Shown piece by piece: positions 61,133-64,000 of a stretch of 64,000 bases of DNA (position 1 is the first letter of the stretch; each line of letters starts with the position of its first letter). A program made the position numbers and the translations under genes. Source of the DNA: Perna viridis. Lineage: Eukaryota. The stretch spans positions 46,465,586-46,529,585 of the forward strand of contig CM074518.1 in NCBI GenBank assembly GCA_037379345.1, in the 5' to 3' direction. The notes under the pieces are model-generated. The model saw only the letters and a list, made by a program, of their open reading frames with translations, did no database searches and had not been told where the DNA came from.

Positions 61133-62065
61133 CTATTTAAACTTTTCGAATATTTTGAGCATTGAGCAGAAAAGATCTGTTTTTATTTTATGAGTATACA
61201 CATTCACAATTAGTTTGTTGCAGACCCCTTTTACTCTCAATAATAGACACTGAGTGGATAGCGTTAATAAAAAAATCGCACCTTCATTTGATTAAATATA
61301 CTGTACAATGAAATCACACTTTAATGACGGCATTTAAAAAAGACTATCTACACAAACCAAACTACTCATATTTTAAATCGTTAGGTTATTATTCAAGCAA
61401 CATAAAGTCAACATAAAACTAATCATTTTCTATTATTGTAACAAGCATCGGTAGTATTCATCAAAAAGGCATCTACTTTTTTTCATGTAATTTAATCTTT
61501 AACAATAAATACCCGTCAACCTCTGGGTACATTTGTATTATGTTTCAACGAAAGGCTGTTACTGCGCTTATAAAAGGACTTCATTTTATTATAAACATTC
61601 TCTCGTTGGGAGCTTAGATGACTCGAGTGCGGTAGGGGGTTGGTTCTTTCGATTCACGATCGAAGCGTAAAACATGCCTAAGAATTTTAAGTGTATTGTT
61701 TATCTTCATTGGAGATTGACAAAACTTTAAAATTGAGAGTCGATACCATCTCCTGACAAAAGCAATGTCTAGTATGAGCTTGGCATTAACAGGGTAAGAT
61801 TTTTCCTTCTTGTTGTTTCAGAGGCAGAAGAGACGTGTCATTTAGTACGAGCCCTGCATGACTTGTTATAGGATTATGGACGCTGCATGTTTGTTGTTTG
61901 CGCGACCGCTGATAGAAGCTTTCCACTTATAGCTAGTCCTCATTGAAGATTTTATGGTGCTTCCATGTTTTAGTGGCGAATGGCAGTCAGGTTTTTAAGC
62001 GATTTCTAACTCCTTGTTGAAAAGAGAATGGGTGTAGTGAATTAGGAAAGGTATATAAACAACCT

Positions 62066-62166
62066 AAGAAGGTAACTCTTTAGCTCAGTCGGTCAGAGCG
62101 ACGTGACTACAGAAAGAAGAGGTCCCGGGTTCGATTCCCGCAGCAACCACCGTGTGACTTTTCACA
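62066..62166 (+). mobile_element. tRNA-derived SINE head
   Basis: A-box TAGCTCAGTCGG (62081), B-box GGGTTCGATTCCC (62127). Anticodon and acceptor stems do not pair. Confidence 0.65.
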
Positions 62167-63670
62167 ATAATTCTTCGCTGTTTGTGACATCATCCATTTC
62201 AAAGACCTTGCTAGGATGAAAATTTTCAATTTTTGTGGTACACATGCCTGATCAATCATTAGTTCTCGATAAAATTGGAAGCTTTTCCTATCGCATTTTT
62301 CAAAATTACATGCATCAGGTCCAGAAGTGCCTGATAAATATATCTCCGAACCTATGAGAGGTGCGACAATTATCAGGATCCAAAAGTCTGAAAATATTGT
62401 TCAGCGAAATTTTTTTTGCAAATAGCGAGCACCGCTTAAATCTCATAGTTTCCGAGACCGTGTTTTTGTTATGCAATATGGTGATGCTTTACGAACATTT
62501 TATATTAAGTCATGAAAATAAAGTGTCAAAACAAATTAATTAAATCAAGAGTTTAATTGGAATACCTAAATGATTGATTTGGCGATTACAGAACATTTTA
62601 AAATTATTTAATACTATAGTGCTTCTTAATATAGAAACAGTCAGGAAGGCAGACGGAATGGCCATCAATTAAGACGGCCTCGGAAAACTCGATATTTGTC
62701 CTCCTCGGGGCCAGTTACAGAGTCGAAGTTCTTCCCCTGCGTTCTTACATAACGAGAGTTAAAAGGCCTGTTAAAGACCTGTGTGTTTGTTGATGGAAAA
62801 TATCATGCACATAAAACTGCCACTTTGTTAAGAAGTTATGTGCATATGTTAAAATATTATTGATTTATACTAACCATTTAACAATTAAAATGTTAGTGTA
62901 AAGACCTTTAAATCTCAGTATGGAAAAGTTTACAAACCATCAATTTTTGATTTATGGCATTTGACAAACGATGTGCATACTTAAATAATAAAAAATCATT
63001 TTGAAAATAAATTAGCTTGTTTATTATTGAAATTAGCCGAGCGTGTTTACAGCGATACGGATTAATGTGGAAAATGATTTTACAGCAACAAAAATCGTTT
63101 GGATAAATGTGTTTGGTTTTAAATTTCAAATAAATCAAAGTAATTGATGCCCTCAACTTTAATGCAAGTATTTTCCTTAATGTTTTCTATATCTTACACA
63201 CGTATTTGAAAGCAAAACGCTTTGTTGAAGTTAGATTATAGTAACATATAGATACATTAGAAAAAAATATCTTCAAAGAGAAAAAAAACTGGTAAAATTC
63301 CAGAGGCAACTAAGCAAGAAGATATTCGAACAGAAGGAATAAGATTTTCTAAACCAAACATTATTTGTCTAAAAGGAATCAAAGGAGAATGTTTCAATAT
63401 AGGAGCAACACAAACATGAAGTTTCAAAAGACTCGTGTATAATCTGAATTAAAATCGTGCTCCAGGCATTTCCATTCAGAATTTTATGCTGACTTGTAAA
63501 GTTATGAATAACCAGTTTGTACAACAATTAATTAACTTTGAGTTTGGAATTTATAAACAAAACTTATTTCCGATCGTGTAGACTCAGACTTGGTAGAATT
63601 TAGTTTTCAAAACAACTCGCCCAACAGGACAGAAAATACTGAAAAGGGGCCATAAAATAGCTGACCCTAC

Positions 63671-63703
63671 CTGTTCCAAGCACAAAGCTCGGAACTTAAG
63701 CAT
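63671..63703 (-). CDS. Candidate initial coding exon of the CNBD gene
   Basis: ATG MLKFRALCLEQ then CAG|GTAGGG, phase 0. Supported only by splice signal and phase. Confidence 0.3.
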
Positions 63704-63827
63704 AAAACAATACACCACAAAGATACATGTAAAATATGCTTATCATAACATTATTCCCTTCGCAGATCATTTTTAAGGTATAAAATGTTTTAATAGAATA
63801 AGATATCTAAATGGCATTTGTAGATGG

Positions 63828-63970
63828 NNNNNNNNNNNNNNNNNNNNNNNNNNNNNNNNNNNNNNNNNNNNNNNNNNNNNNNNNNNNNNNNNNNNNNNNN
63901 NNNNNNNNNNNNNNNNNNNNNNNNNNNNNNNNNNNNNNNNNNNNNNNNNNNNNNNNNNNNNNNNNNNNNN
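63828..63970. other. Assembly gap (run of N)
   Basis: 143 consecutive N. Confidence 1.
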
Positions 63971-64000
63971 GAATGAAAGTTACATAGAACTTAGATAAGA

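Overview
AT-rich, repeat-dense animal genomic DNA. The repeat families (Helentron-associated satellite arrays, Penelope-like RT, TTAA-target and TA-target MITEs) suggest a bivalve, probably an oyster; this is an inference. Exon chains below were spliced by hand from GT-AG sites and reading phase. The window holds: (1) the 5' two exons of an unidentified minus-strand gene that leaves the window on the left; (2) an isolated terminal exon of an HSD17B14-like short-chain dehydrogenase with no partner exons visible; (3) a complete minus-strand protein aurora borealis (BORA) gene of about 800 aa; (4) MZT1 (MOZART1), head-to-head with BORA across a short shared promoter, the same arrangement as in human; (5) an intron-free, bacterial-looking FkbM-family methyltransferase whose membrane-anchor N-terminus is separated from the catalytic domain by a -1 frameshift; (6) a minus-strand gene with two cyclic-nucleotide-binding domains (CNBD2-like). 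Between and inside these genes are Penelope-like retroelement fragments, MULE and Sola-like transposase relics, tRNA-derived SINE heads, many MITEs, a 56-bp minisatellite and an assembly gap. Most short ORFs in the supplied track are spurious. Best leads: the FkbM enzyme as a candidate Golgi glycan O-methyltransferase, the conserved BORA-MZT1 divergent pair, Bora's tandemly expanded CDK sites and altered PSPW motif, and the orphan dehydrogenase exon between inverted repeats.
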